A stretch of 64,000 bases of DNA from an uncultured Gemmatimonadaceae bacterium (GTDB lineage: Bacteria; Gemmatimonadota; Gemmatimonadetes; Gemmatimonadales; Gemmatimonadaceae). The translations under genes and the position numbers were made by a program. Each line of letters begins with the position of its first letter. The stretch's first letter is position 1. Positions 10,329 to 20,620 of this stretch are shown here, one piece after another. The stretch covers positions 1 to 64,000 of the forward strand of contig CAWGJO010000041.1 of the NCBI GenBank assembly GCA_963822945.1. Reading direction: 5' to 3'. The notes beneath the pieces are model-generated. The model was not told where the DNA came from and did no database searches. It was given only the letters and a program-made list of their open reading frames with translations.

Positions 10329-10494
10329 GGGCCATTCTATTCCGATGTTCACCTTTCGCCCGAGGCGTGCGGCTAGGCCCTTGGCACCTCCTCGGTAGTC
10401 CCGCCCCTGACGAAGTCCAGCCCGCTTTTCCTCGCGAGGCTGCCCGTCCGTCCCTCAAATCTCGCTTCGAGACCCCTGGATGAGGATCGACAAC

Positions 10495-13400
10495 ATGAAC
10501 GTGAATCGAATGAGGCGTTGGATTGTCCCTCTCGTGAGCGCGTGCCTGGTAGGATTCACGGCACTGCCCGCGATGGGACAGGCAACCGTCATCACCGGTA
10601 AGGTGACCGACGCCTTTGGCGCCGGCCTGCAGAATGCGACGGTCAACATCGTGTCGCTCAAGCTGGGCACGATGACCAACGCGTCCGGCTCGTATACCCT
10701 GAACATCCCCGAAGGAACCGCGCGCGGGCAGTCCGTCGACGTGACGGTGCGGTTTCTCGGCTATTCGCCGCTGACCCAGTCGGTGACGCTGAGCGCGGGC
10801 ACGCACACGCTCGACTTCTCGCTCAAGGCCGACCCCTTCCACCTGAACGCGGTGGTGACCACGGGTGTGGCGGACTCCACGTCGGCGAGAAGCCTCACGT
10901 TCTCGGTGGCCAAGATCACCGGGCAGCAGATCTCTGCGGTGCCCGCGGCGAATCCGCTCGAGAATCTGTCGGGCCAGGTGGCCGGACTGAAAGTCGACGT
11001 CGGTACGGGCAACCCGGGAAGTGACCCGGCGATCCGCATCCGCGGCTCGACCTGCTTGACCGTGGGTTGCAGCAAGCCGCTGATCATCATCGACGGCGTC
11101 ATCACCACGGAGAGCATTTCGGACATCGACGCCCAGGACATCGCGTCGATCGAAGTGCTGAAGGGCGCGGCCGGCGCGTCGTTCTACGGTTCGAACGCGG
11201 CCAACGGCGTCATCAACATCACGACCAAGCGCGGCGCCGATCTCGTCGAGAACCATCTGACGATCACGGCGCACACCGAATACGGCAATTCGGACATCGG
11301 GCACTATCCGAGCATCAACGCCGGCACGCGTAACCAGTTCAACGCCGACGGCACCATCATGCTCAACAGCACGGGTGGCGCGATTCTGAACACGTCGGGC
11401 TACGACGACACGCCGTATCCGACCAGCGGGCCGAACCGGTACCGCAACCAGCTCAAGGAATGGATCAGCAGCAACAACTACTACAACAACGACGTGTCGG
11501 TCGGTCTGCGTCGTGGCAACACGAACTTCAACACGTCCTACAGCTCCGACCACAACGGCGGCATCCTGCCGTTCAAGAAGGGGCAGTTCCGGCAGAACGT
11601 CCGCCTGAACGTCGACCAGGGCATCGGTGACAAGGCCGATCTCTCGGCGAGCATCACCTACGGCAACCAGCGCAACGACTACGGTCCGAACTCGTCGACG
11701 GCGTGGTTCAACCTGTACCAGGCGTCGCCGATCATCGATCTGGCGCACCCGTACGGCACCGCGTCCAACCCGCTGCCGGGGTACAGCACGGGCGACTCGT
11801 CCATCTACTTCCCGGTGCTCCCCACCTGGTCGGACGTGAACGCGCGCGGCAACCCGCTGTTCGACTTGCACTCCAGCTCGCAGGACTACTACCGGCAGCG
11901 GCTGCTCGGCTCGATCGCCGGCCGCTACCACCCGACCGACTGGCTGCGCCTCGACGCGAACTACGGCACGGACCGCCTGAACACGTCGCAGGAGAACTAC
12001 CAGGCGCGTGGCATCACGACCAACGCCAACGGGAGCGTCACGCTGGGCAGCCTGCGGAACTACACGAGCGACGACGTGTCGTGGAACTCGCAGTTGCGCG
12101 CCACGGCGACCAAACTCTGGCGGAGCCTGTTGTCCACCACCAGCGTCGCGTACCAGGTGGAGAACGACTACTTCAGCGGCTTCAACGCCGGCGGTAACCA
12201 GTTGAACGTGAACGCCACGCCGGTGCTCGGCGCGCTGGCGCCGTCGTCGACGTCGCTCAGTTCGTACGCGCAGCACGAGCGGACGATGGACTACATGGTG
12301 TCGCAGGACTTCGACCTGAAGGACCGCTACATCGTAAGCGGGCTGTACCGCCGCGACGGTTCGTCGCTGTTCGGCTCCGACGCACGGTGGGCCAACTTCT
12401 ACCGCATCTCCGGCGCCTACCGCGTGACGCAGGACATCCACATCCCGGGCGTGCAGGAGTTGAAGCTGCACGTCGCCCAGGGAACGGCCGGCCTGCGCCC
12501 CGGATACAGCTATCAGTATGAAACGTTCAACATCGGCTCGGGCAGCTTCAGCGCCCAGAACCTGGGCAACAAGAACCTGAAGCCCGCCGTGCTGACGGAA
12601 ACCGAGTACGGCATCAACATCGACTTCCTCAACCGGTTCAGCGGTGAGTTGACCTATGCGCACCGTGTAACCGACGGCGCCTTCCTGAACGTGCCGGTCT
12701 CCGGCGCCGCCACCGGCGGATTCGCCAACCAGTGGCAGAACGCGGCGAACATCCTCTCCAAGACCATCGAGGGAGCGCTGCAGACACGGGTCATCGACCG
12801 TCGCGACTTCACGTGGGATCTCTCGCTCACGGGCGATCACACGACGCAGGAAATCACGCACATGAGCACGGCGCCGTTCACGGTGAATGCCGGTGGACAG
12901 GGCCAGGGCATCTTCTGGTACCAGGCCGGCAAGCCGCTGGGCGTGATCTACGGTACCAAGTACGTCCACACGTTCTCGCAACTGATGGACAACCCGGCCA
13001 ACGCCGGCGCGAACCAGGCCGACTACGTCGTGAATCCGATGGGCTACCTGGTGCTGGCCGCCAATCGCGGCACGCAGGCTGAGCGCCCGATCGTGTACGT
13101 GGACAAGAACGGCAACAACACGTTCATCATCGGCAACGTGAATCCCAAGCTGAGCTACGGCTTCCAGAACGACATCCGGTTCAACCGGTTCAGCATTCAC
13201 GCCAACTTCGACGGTCAGGTGGGCGGCGACATCTACAACTTCAGCAAGCAGTGGCAGACGCAGGATCTGCGCAATCCGGACATGAACATGGTGGGCAAGC
13301 CGGACGCACAGAAGATCGCCGAGAACTTCTTCACGATCGGTCTGTACAACGGTCTGGATCCGGCTCAGTACTACGTCGAGTCGGGTGCGTACCTGAAGCT

Positions 13401-13632
13401 TCGCGAACTCTCGGTGGGCTACGACGTGCCGCTGAGCGTCCTGCCCCGGATCGGGCTCGGCCGGGCTTCCGGCCTCCGCCTGTCGTTCGTGGGCCGCAAC
13501 CTGGTCACCTGGACCAAGTACTCCGGCTTCGATCCCGACGTGACGTCGGGCAGTGACTTCAACTTCAAGATCGACGGGTTCCGGTATCCGCCCTTCCGGA
13601 CGCTGACCGGCCAGGTCGAGATCCGCTTCTAA
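10495..13632 (+). CDS. susC: SusC/RagA family TonB-dependent outer membrane transporter
   Basis: GAGGA RBS before ATG 10495; AVVTTG TonB box region; PLIIIDGV and DIASIEVLKGAAGASFYGSNAANGVINITTKRG; RRDGSSLFG; YLKLRELSVGY; terminal Phe. Confidence 0.95.
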   Translation: MNVNRMRRWIVPLVSACLVGFTALPAMGQATVITGKVTDAFGAGLQNATVNIVSLKLGTMTNASGSYTLNIPEGTARGQSVDVTVRFLGYSPLTQSVTLSAGTHTLDFSLKADPFHLNAVVTTGVADSTSARSLTFSVAKITGQQISAVPAANPLENLSGQVAGLKVDVGTGNPGSDPAIRIRGSTCLTVGCSKPLIIIDGVITTESISDIDAQDIASIEVLKGAAGASFYGSNAANGVINITTKRGADLVENHLTITAHTEYGNSDIGHYPSINAGTRNQFNADGTIMLNSTGGAILNTSGYDDTPYPTSGPNRYRNQLKEWISSNNYYNNDVSVGLRRGNTNFNTSYSSDHNGGILPFKKGQFRQNVRLNVDQGIGDKADLSASITYGNQRNDYGPNSSTAWFNLYQASPIIDLAHPYGTASNPLPGYSTGDSSIYFPVLPTWSDVNARGNPLFDLHSSSQDYYRQRLLGSIAGRYHPTDWLRLDANYGTDRLNTSQENYQARGITTNANGSVTLGSLRNYTSDDVSWNSQLRATATKLWRSLLSTTSVAYQVENDYFSGFNAGGNQLNVNATPVLGALAPSSTSLSSYAQHERTMDYMVSQDFDLKDRYIVSGLYRRDGSSLFGSDARWANFYRISGAYRVTQDIHIPGVQELKLHVAQGTAGLRPGYSYQYETFNIGSGSFSAQNLGNKNLKPAVLTETEYGINIDFLNRFSGELTYAHRVTDGAFLNVPVSGAATGGFANQWQNAANILSKTIEGALQTRVIDRRDFTWDLSLTGDHTTQEITHMSTAPFTVNAGGQGQGIFWYQAGKPLGVIYGTKYVHTFSQLMDNPANAGANQADYVVNPMGYLVLAANRGTQAERPIVYVDKNGNNTFIIGNVNPKLSYGFQNDIRFNRFSIHANFDGQVGGDIYNFSKQWQTQDLRNPDMNMVGKPDAQKIAENFFTIGLYNGLDPAQYYVESGAYLKLRELSVGYDVPLSVLPRIGLGRASGLRLSFVGRNLVTWTKYSGFDPDVTSGSDFNFKIDGFRYPPFRTLTGQVEIRF

Positions 13633-13662
13633 CCTTCCCGCCCATTCATGGAGCAAACACTA

Positions 13663-15414
13663 ATGCAGATGCATCGAAAGGTTGGGGCGGTGTTGGCGGG
13701 GGCGGCGCTGCTGATGAGCGCCGCCTGCAGCCAGGACCTCAACGTCTCCAACCCCAATAACCCCGACATCGCTCGCGTGCTCGCGAGCCCTGCCGACGTG
13801 CAGAACCTCGCGGTATCCACGATTCACTCGTGGTACCAGGGTGCCACCACGGTCGATCCCTGGGTCATGCTCAACGTGACCGGCGACCTGATGACGATGA
13901 ACTACGGAAACTTCGGGGCGCGCTTCAACAACCTCGAACCACGCATTCCGTACAACAACAGCGCGTCCAGTGGCGACGCGGAAGTGGCGCGTGATCCGTG
14001 GAACAACCAGTACGCCACGCTCGGTCAGGCGAACGACGTGCTCCGCGCGATCGCCGGCGGCGCCGTGCTGCCGGGCGGCACCGACAAGTACAAGGCGCTG
14101 GCCATGTTCTCGCAGGCCGGGGCGCTGATGGAGCTGGCGCTGGTGTACAACCAGGCGTTCCCAGTCGATGAGACGACGACCGCCGCGCCGACGTTCGCGA
14201 CGTACCAGGACATGGAAGCATTCGCCAAGGGGAAGATCGACGCCCTGATCGCGGCGACGGCAACCGAGAACTTCTCGTACGATCAGTCGAACGAGTTCCC
14301 GGCGTCCATCAATCCTCCGGGCACGTCGTACAGCACCAACCCCGTTGGCACGGGGGCGACGTCGGAGGTGCTGAACCGCATCGCCAATACGTGGGGCGCG
14401 CAGCTGCTTGCGTATTCGCCCCGCACGGCGGCCGAGGCTTCGGCCGTCGATTGGAACGCCGTTCTCGCCTACACCAAGAAGGGCATCGGTGTGGGTGACG
14501 GCACCGCCGGCGCGCCGTTCGACTTCGCGGTCATCGGCGATTACAACAACTGGTGGAGTGATCTCGTTTCCTACTTCGACCTGCCGAGCTGGATGATGGT
14601 CGATCTGCACCTCATCCATCAGATGGCGCCGAACGTTCCGGATTCGTACACCGGACTGCCCGCGTCGCCGCGCTCGGCGTACGATGCGGTGTGGGCCCCG
14701 CAGGCGCCGATGGATGCCCGGCTGGGAATCGACACCGTCGACGTGAATTCGTACGTAGCGGGTACCGATGACAAGACGGACTTCGTCTACGCCGCGCAGG
14801 TCCAGGGTTCCGCGGCTCGCGGTATCTACATGCAGAGCCCGTACTACCACGTGCGCTACATCAGCGTCTCGTGGCAGTCGAACAACCCGCAGGTCGGACC
14901 GGCCGTCTACATCCTGGCCGCCGAGAACGACCTGCTGGAAGCCGAAGCGCTCGTCCGTACGGGCGGCGATCTGGCTCTGGCCGCACAGCTGGTGAACAAC
15001 ACGCGTGTCGGTCGCGGCGGTCTGACGCCGCTCACCGCCACCAGCAGCACCGCCACCTTCCTTCAGGCCATCACCTACGAGCTTGAAGTGGAGTGCAACG
15101 CCACCGACGGGTACGGGTTCTTCGCCCTTCGCGGTATGGATCAGTTGCAGGACGGCACGCTGCGGCACCTGCCGGTGCCGGCCACGGAACTCCAGACGGA
15201 CGGACTTCCGGTCTATACGTTCGGCGGCGTCGGCCAGCCGGTCATGAACACCGCGGCGATCGTGGGTGGAGACAGCCCGCAGCCGTCGTTCAACATCAAC
15301 AACTACCTCGCCGGCCCGTGGAAGTCGCTCGCCCTGCCCAACGGCAAGTCGATGCTGCTCCCCACCCCGCAGCTGCCCAAGAAGCATCAGCTCGGCGGGC
15401 TCAGCAGGTTCTAG
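13663..15414 (+). CDS. SusD/RagB-like outer membrane lipoprotein
   Basis: Directly follows susC; GGAG RBS; lipobox MSAAC then DLNVSNPNNP; AENDLLEAEALVR..LVNNTRV..YELEVE motif. Confidence 0.85.
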   Translation: MQMHRKVGAVLAGAALLMSAACSQDLNVSNPNNPDIARVLASPADVQNLAVSTIHSWYQGATTVDPWVMLNVTGDLMTMNYGNFGARFNNLEPRIPYNNSASSGDAEVARDPWNNQYATLGQANDVLRAIAGGAVLPGGTDKYKALAMFSQAGALMELALVYNQAFPVDETTTAAPTFATYQDMEAFAKGKIDALIAATATENFSYDQSNEFPASINPPGTSYSTNPVGTGATSEVLNRIANTWGAQLLAYSPRTAAEASAVDWNAVLAYTKKGIGVGDGTAGAPFDFAVIGDYNNWWSDLVSYFDLPSWMMVDLHLIHQMAPNVPDSYTGLPASPRSAYDAVWAPQAPMDARLGIDTVDVNSYVAGTDDKTDFVYAAQVQGSAARGIYMQSPYYHVRYISVSWQSNNPQVGPAVYILAAENDLLEAEALVRTGGDLALAAQLVNNTRVGRGGLTPLTATSSTATFLQAITYELEVECNATDGYGFFALRGMDQLQDGTLRHLPVPATELQTDGLPVYTFGGVGQPVMNTAAIVGGDSPQPSFNINNYLAGPWKSLALPNGKSMLLPTPQLPKKHQLGGLSRF

Positions 15415-15441
15415 GCACCAACGAACCAGTCTTCAGAACGA

Positions 15442-15484
15442 ACGTCGGGCGCATACCGAATCCGGTATGCGCCCGATGTCGTTT
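15442..15484 (+). terminator. Hairpin terminator after susD (between convergent genes)
   Basis: 17-bp stem ACGTCGGGCGCATACCG / CGGTATGCGCCCGATGT (one G-U pair), loop AATC, then CGTTT. Confidence 0.75.
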
Positions 15485-15537
15485 GGCCCCACCCAATGTC
15501 CCGCCACGGCTCGCGCAGCCCGCGGAAGGTGCCGCGC

Positions 15538-16083
15538 TCAGCTTCCCTTTTTCTTGAGGGTCAAAGGCGCGCAGATCATCACGTCCGACTCGTCCTGCCC
15601 ACTGGTGCCCGGGTTGAACACGTTCACGTGGTAGGTGCCCGTGACCGGCAACGGCAGGGGAATCACATCGTTGAGTGAGGCCCGCCCGTTGCTGGCCGTG
15701 ATCGGCGGGAACTGCGCGACGGCCAGCAGTGGAATCGTGTTCGACCCACAGTCACCGGACGAGAGCGACCAGGACAGCCGCAGCGGATCGGTGTTGTCGA
15801 TCGTCACTCCGATTCGCACGTTCATGGCCCGCGGACCGTTGGCGGTGAACACGGCCGTGCCCGCAGCCCGGTTCCGTTGCTGCAGTCCGCCGAAGGTGCC
15901 CGTCTGCTGCTGGGTGGCCTGGAACCGTCCCGACCACTCCAGGAACGCCGGCCCGATCTTGCCAGACGCCGCGTCGGCAGTGATCGACTCCGACGCCGCC
16001 CCTCCCCCCTGACTCGACGCACACCCGGCGGCCGCGATGGCCAGCAAACCGAGTGATGCGGCCCATACAGTATTGAAGCGCAC
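15538..16083 (-). CDS. Hypothetical lipoprotein (possible Cu/Zn-SOD- or CHRD-like beta fold)
   Basis: GGAG RBS, GTG start; lipobox AAAGC; WSLSSGDCGS..YHVNVF..MICAPL pattern. Confidence 0.65.
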   Translation of the reverse strand: MRFNTVWAASLGLLAIAAAGCASSQGGGAASESITADAASGKIGPAFLEWSGRFQATQQQTGTFGGLQQRNRAAGTAVFTANGPRAMNVRIGVTIDNTDPLRLSWSLSSGDCGSNTIPLLAVAQFPPITASNGRASLNDVIPLPLPVTGTYHVNVFNPGTSGQDESDVMICAPLTLKKKGS

Positions 16084-16306
16084 GGAAGCACTCCTGTTAT
16101 CTATGGATGCTGAATACCATACCGGCGGGCCCGGCTGGCCGGAAGTGTCGGCGGGCGTGGGGGGCGAAACGCCCGGGTGTCGGCGGCCCCGAGGCCGGCC
16201 CTAGCCGATTCCCGGCCCCGGGTTAATGCTTATTTCGCACGCGTGTGGCCGGGCCCGCCCACCCCAAGCGGAGCCGCACGCCCGGAACCCCTCACCAGCC
16301 CCTCCC

Positions 16307-19300
16307 ATGCCTCCCCTCTCGACCCCCCGCCCCCACGTCCGCCCCCACCAGTGGCTGTCCATCGGAGGCCTGTTCCTGGCCGCCGCGGCAGCCCTGACGG
16401 CCACCGCGGCCCCCGCCGGCGCCCAGACCCGCATGCTCCGGTCCCCCACGGTGAGCGCTACCCAGATCGCCTTCGCGTACGCCGAGAACATCTGGGTGGT
16501 GGATCGCGCCGGCGGAACGGCCCGCCGGCTGACCAGCTTCCAGGGCACCACCGGCGATCCCGAGTTCTCTCCGGATGGCAAGCTGATCGCGTTCACGGGC
16601 ACGTACGGTGGCAATGCCGACGTCTACGTGGTCCCGGCAGCCGGGGGAGAGCCGACGCGGCTCACCTGGCACCCGGGGGCCGACAACGTCACCGGATGGA
16701 CCGCCGACGGAAAACGCGTGGTCTTCTCCTCGGGGCGGGCCACGGAGGCGCCCACCGGCGCCCCACGGTTCTGGACCGTCCCGGTGACGGGAGGGGCTCC
16801 CGAGCCGATGCCGATGCCCCGCGCCTACCAGGGCCGGATTTCCCCCAACGGGCAGTACGTGGCCTATCGGATGAACAACTCCTGGGACGAGGAGCGCCGC
16901 AACTACCGCGGCGGCCAGAACCGTCCCATCTGGATTCTGAACCTCAAGACCTTCGACCTCGTCTCGCCCCCCTGGAAGGATTCCAAGGACATCGATCCCG
17001 CCTGGGTGGGCAACAACGCCGTGTACTTCATCTCCGATCGTGACGGGGTGGAGAACGTCTGGTCGTACGACATCGGCACCAAGAAGCTCGCCCAGGTCAC
17101 GGACTTCTCGGACTACGACGTCAAGACGCTGAGCGCCAACGACGGCGCGGTGGTGTTCGAGCAGGCGGGGTACGTGCACGAGCTCGATCCCAAGACCGGC
17201 CGCGAGCACGTCGTGAACATCAACGCCACGGGTGACTTCCCGTGGATGATGCCGCGTTGGGAGGACGTGTCGAACATGATCACCGACATGGCGATCTCGC
17301 CCACGGGCAAGCGGGCGGTGGTCGAAGCGCGCGGCGAGATCTTCACGATCCCCGCCGACAAGGGCGACGTGCGCGACCTGACGCGGACGAGCGGCGCAGC
17401 CGAGCGGAATCCGGTCTGGTCGCCGGACGGCAAGACGATCGCCTACTTCAGCGACGAATCGGGCGAGTTCCAACTCGTGCTCCGCGACCAGGCAGGGCTG
17501 CAGCCGCCGCGCGTCATCCCGCTGCCGCACCCCACGCACTACTACACGCCGCAGTGGTCGCCCGATGGCAAGCACATTCTGTACACCGACACGAACCTGC
17601 ACCTCTGGGTGCTCGACGTGGCCACGGGCGCCACCAAGGAAGTGGGCAACGACCCCTGGATGGTGCCCACGCGCACCATGGATCCGGTGTGGAGCCCGGA
17701 CTCCAAGTACATCGCGTACGTGGCGCACCTGAATTCGCTGTACCACGCGATCTTCGTGTACGACATGACCGGCGGCAAGACGCACCAGGTGACCGACGGC
17801 CTTGCCGACGCGGTGTCGCCGGCCTGGGACGCGAACGGCAAGTATCTCTGGTTCCTGGCGTCCACCAACTTCGGGCTCAAGTCGCAGTGGCTCGACATGT
17901 CGAACTACGACCACACGGAGACCTTCGGGCTGTACCTCGCGGTGCTCAGCAAGAACGACACGACGCCGTTCACGCCCCAGAGCGACGATGAGAACGGCAA
18001 GCCGGCCGAGCCGATGAACGGTGGGCGTGGCGGCCGGGGTGGCCGGGGCGCCATGGCGGGCGGTGAGGAGGGGGCCGCACCGGCGCCGCGCGCGCCGCGG
18101 GCTCCGGTGACGGTGAATCTCGACTTCGATGGTCTGCAGAGCCGCATCATCGCCGTGCCCGGGATTCCCGAGCGGCAGTATTCCCGCGTGAAGGCGGGGG
18201 CGCCGGGCACCGTGTACTATCTCGAGGCGGGCGCCGGAGGCGGCGGCCGCGGCGGATTCGGCGGCGGCACGCTGCATCGCTATCGCCTGAGCGAACGCCG
18301 CTCCTCACCCTTCGTCACCGGGGTTTCGGACTACGACGTGAGCCTGGATGGGCACAAGCTGCTCTACCGCGCGGGCGGCGGTGGGGGGCGCGGCGGACGC
18401 GGTGCGGCTCGCACGGCGCCGTCGCTGTTCATCGTCGACGCCGACCGCAATCCGCCCCAGGCCAATCAGGGCAAGCTCGACGTGTCGCTCCGCATGTACC
18501 TCGATCCCAAGGCGGAGTTCAAGCAGATCTTCAACGCCGACTGGCGCAACCAGCGTGACTATCTGTACGTGCCCACGCTGCACGGCACCGATTGGCCGCG
18601 CGACAAGGAGATGTACGGCGCCCTGCTGCCCTGGGTGAATCACCGCGCCGACCTCAACTACCTGATGGACATGATGGGCGCGGAGATCGCTATCGGACAC
18701 TCGTACGTCCGGGGCGGCGATATGCCGGAGACGCCGCGCGCCACCGGTGGGCTGCTCGGCGCCGATTTCTCGGTGGAGAATGGCCGCTATCGCATCACGC
18801 GGATCTACGACAACGAGAGCTGGAACCCCGATCTCAAGGCGCCGCTGGCCGAGCCGGGGCTCGATGTGCACGTGGGCGACTACATCGTCGCCATCAACGG
18901 CGAGAACCTGAACGGCAGCGACAACATCTATCGGCTGCTCGACGGCACGGCCGACCAGCAGACGGTGCTGGCAGTGAACGCGCGCCCGTCGGCCGAGGGC
19001 GCGCACGACGTGACCGTGGTGCCGGTGGCCAACGAACAGTCGCTGCGCTCGCGGGCCTGGGTGGAGCGCAACCGGCACATCGTCGACTCGCTCTCCAACG
19101 GCAAGCTGGCGTACGTCTACCTGCCCAACACCGGCCAGCCGGGCTACACGTACTTCAACCGCTACTACTTCTCGCAGCAGGATCGGAAGGGCGCGATCAT
19201 CGACGAGCGCTACAACGGCGGCGGTCAGGCGGCGGACTACATCATCGACGTCCTGCAGCGCACGTTCGACGGCTACTTCAACAACGTGGCCGGCGACCGT

Positions 19301-19756
19301 GTGCCCTTCACCAGTCCCGCGGCCGGCATCTGGGGCCCGAAGGTGATGATCATCAACGAAATGGCCGGTTCGGGCGGCGACCTGATGCCGTACATGTTCA
19401 AGTACCGGAAGATCGGAACGCTGGTGGGCAAGCGGACGTGGGGCGGGCTGGTCCACACGGCCGATACGCCGCCGTTCATCGACGGGGGCTCGGCCATCGC
19501 TCCGCGCGGCGGGTTCTTCGGCACCGACCACAAGTGGCACGTCGAGAATGAGGGCGTGTCCCCGGACGTGGACGTGGAGGACTGGCCCAGGGACATGATC
19601 GCGGGCCACGACCGCCAGCTCGAAACCGCGGTCCAGGTGGCGCTCAAACAGCTCGCCGAGCATCCGGTGCAGCGTGACATGCACGAGCCGCCGCCGGCCA
19701 CGTGGGGCAAGCGGATCAAGCCGCTCCCGCCGCGGAGCGGCGGTGGTGGACACTGA
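16307..19756 (+). CDS. Tricorn-like protease, S41 family (propellers, PDZ, catalytic domain)
   Basis: Signal peptide; repeated WSPDGK units; PDZ GDYIVAING; IIDERYNGGG, AGSGGD, GKRTWGG, ENEGVSPD; likely start ATG 16307 within ORF 16226..19756. Confidence 0.93.
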   Translation: MPPLSTPRPHVRPHQWLSIGGLFLAAAAALTATAAPAGAQTRMLRSPTVSATQIAFAYAENIWVVDRAGGTARRLTSFQGTTGDPEFSPDGKLIAFTGTYGGNADVYVVPAAGGEPTRLTWHPGADNVTGWTADGKRVVFSSGRATEAPTGAPRFWTVPVTGGAPEPMPMPRAYQGRISPNGQYVAYRMNNSWDEERRNYRGGQNRPIWILNLKTFDLVSPPWKDSKDIDPAWVGNNAVYFISDRDGVENVWSYDIGTKKLAQVTDFSDYDVKTLSANDGAVVFEQAGYVHELDPKTGREHVVNINATGDFPWMMPRWEDVSNMITDMAISPTGKRAVVEARGEIFTIPADKGDVRDLTRTSGAAERNPVWSPDGKTIAYFSDESGEFQLVLRDQAGLQPPRVIPLPHPTHYYTPQWSPDGKHILYTDTNLHLWVLDVATGATKEVGNDPWMVPTRTMDPVWSPDSKYIAYVAHLNSLYHAIFVYDMTGGKTHQVTDGLADAVSPAWDANGKYLWFLASTNFGLKSQWLDMSNYDHTETFGLYLAVLSKNDTTPFTPQSDDENGKPAEPMNGGRGGRGGRGAMAGGEEGAAPAPRAPRAPVTVNLDFDGLQSRIIAVPGIPERQYSRVKAGAPGTVYYLEAGAGGGGRGGFGGGTLHRYRLSERRSSPFVTGVSDYDVSLDGHKLLYRAGGGGGRGGRGAARTAPSLFIVDADRNPPQANQGKLDVSLRMYLDPKAEFKQIFNADWRNQRDYLYVPTLHGTDWPRDKEMYGALLPWVNHRADLNYLMDMMGAEIAIGHSYVRGGDMPETPRATGGLLGADFSVENGRYRITRIYDNESWNPDLKAPLAEPGLDVHVGDYIVAINGENLNGSDNIYRLLDGTADQQTVLAVNARPSAEGAHDVTVVPVANEQSLRSRAWVERNRHIVDSLSNGKLAYVYLPNTGQPGYTYFNRYYFSQQDRKGAIIDERYNGGGQAADYIIDVLQRTFDGYFNNVAGDRVPFTSPAAGIWGPKVMIINEMAGSGGDLMPYMFKYRKIGTLVGKRTWGGLVHTADTPPFIDGGSAIAPRGGFFGTDHKWHVENEGVSPDVDVEDWPRDMIAGHDRQLETAVQVALKQLAEHPVQRDMHEPPPATWGKRIKPLPPRSGGGGH

Positions 19757-19813
19757 GGGCCGGCAGAGACTGAGATTCGTTTCGCGACCGTTGCCCTTAC
19801 GGGCGGTACGGTT

Positions 19814-19987
19814 GCTACGATTGGATACGGACTGAACGGATCGAACGGACTGGAACGGAAATGGTCAGAGGGCAATTCGTGGGAGGTCGTCGTACCGGAG
19901 GGAGAACGCTTCGGTGCGATGATCTTGCCTTGAAACCCCAAGTAGTCCTCCGTTTCTGAATCCGTTCAATCCGTATCCTGCCGTAGC
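19814..19987. repeat. MITE/REP-like element with 27-bp imperfect terminal inverted repeats
   Basis: GCTACGATTGGATACGGACTGAACGGA (19814-19840) versus reverse complement of 19961-19987 GCTACGGCAGGATACGGATTGAACGGA; internal GAACGGA units at 9-10 bp period. Confidence 0.7.
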
Positions 19988-20010
19988 CACTTAAACGGTC
20001 TGAGCTGCAC

Positions 20011-20529
20011 GTGTCGCTAAAAAATCCTCCACCCGACTTCACGGCTGAACTCGCCGACATCACCACACTCGACGTCGACGCGATCGTGAACGCCGCCAAC
20101 GAGGAGTTGATGCCCGGCGGCGGCGTCTGTGGCGCCATCCATCGCGCCGCCGGCCCCAAGCTTGCGCGCGCGTGCGCGGAACTGGACGGCTGTCCGACGG
20201 GGGGAGCGCGTATCACCCCGGGATTCCGGCTGAAGGCGCGCTACGTGATCCACGCCGTCGGCCCCATCTGGCAGGGCGGATCGGCGGGCGAGCCGGAACT
20301 GCTGGCGTCGGCGTACCAGGCCGCGATCCGCCTGGCCGAGGAGCACGAACTGGAGAGCATCGCCTTTCCGGCCATCAGCACGGGGATCTACGGATATCCC
20401 CTGCAGGCCGCCACGGACGTCGCCGTCTCCGCCATCCGCGAGGCGCTCTCCGAATACTCGACGCTACGGCACGTCATCTTTGCCTGTTTCAACCGGGAAG
20501 CGCTGGACGCGTATCGGCACGTGATCTAG
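20011..20529 (+). CDS. Macro domain O-acetyl-ADP-ribose deacetylase (YmdB-like)
   Basis: DITTLDVDAIVNAAN, GGGVCGAIHRAAG, VIHAVGP, SIAFPAISTGIYGYP. Confidence 0.92.
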   Translation: MSLKNPPPDFTAELADITTLDVDAIVNAANEELMPGGGVCGAIHRAAGPKLARACAELDGCPTGGARITPGFRLKARYVIHAVGPIWQGGSAGEPELLASAYQAAIRLAEEHELESIAFPAISTGIYGYPLQAATDVAVSAIREALSEYSTLRHVIFACFNREALDAYRHVI

Positions 20530-20620
20530 CTTCGCAGGGTTCGCGGGCGTCACGCCCACGGTCGCCCTCCCCCCCGGCGGCCCCTCGGAGCCTGAACGCA
20601 GGACATGAGGCCGAGTAGCC

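Noticed and set aside
10288..13656. Long antisense ORFs here and elsewhere (e.g. 1390-4431, 52887-55637)
   Set aside because: Shadow ORFs expected from high-GC codon bias; no recognisable motifs
20011..20529. Macro domain as antitoxin or anti-phage component
   Set aside because: Canonical stand-alone YmdB-like sequence; no ADP-ribosyltransferase or sirtuin nearby
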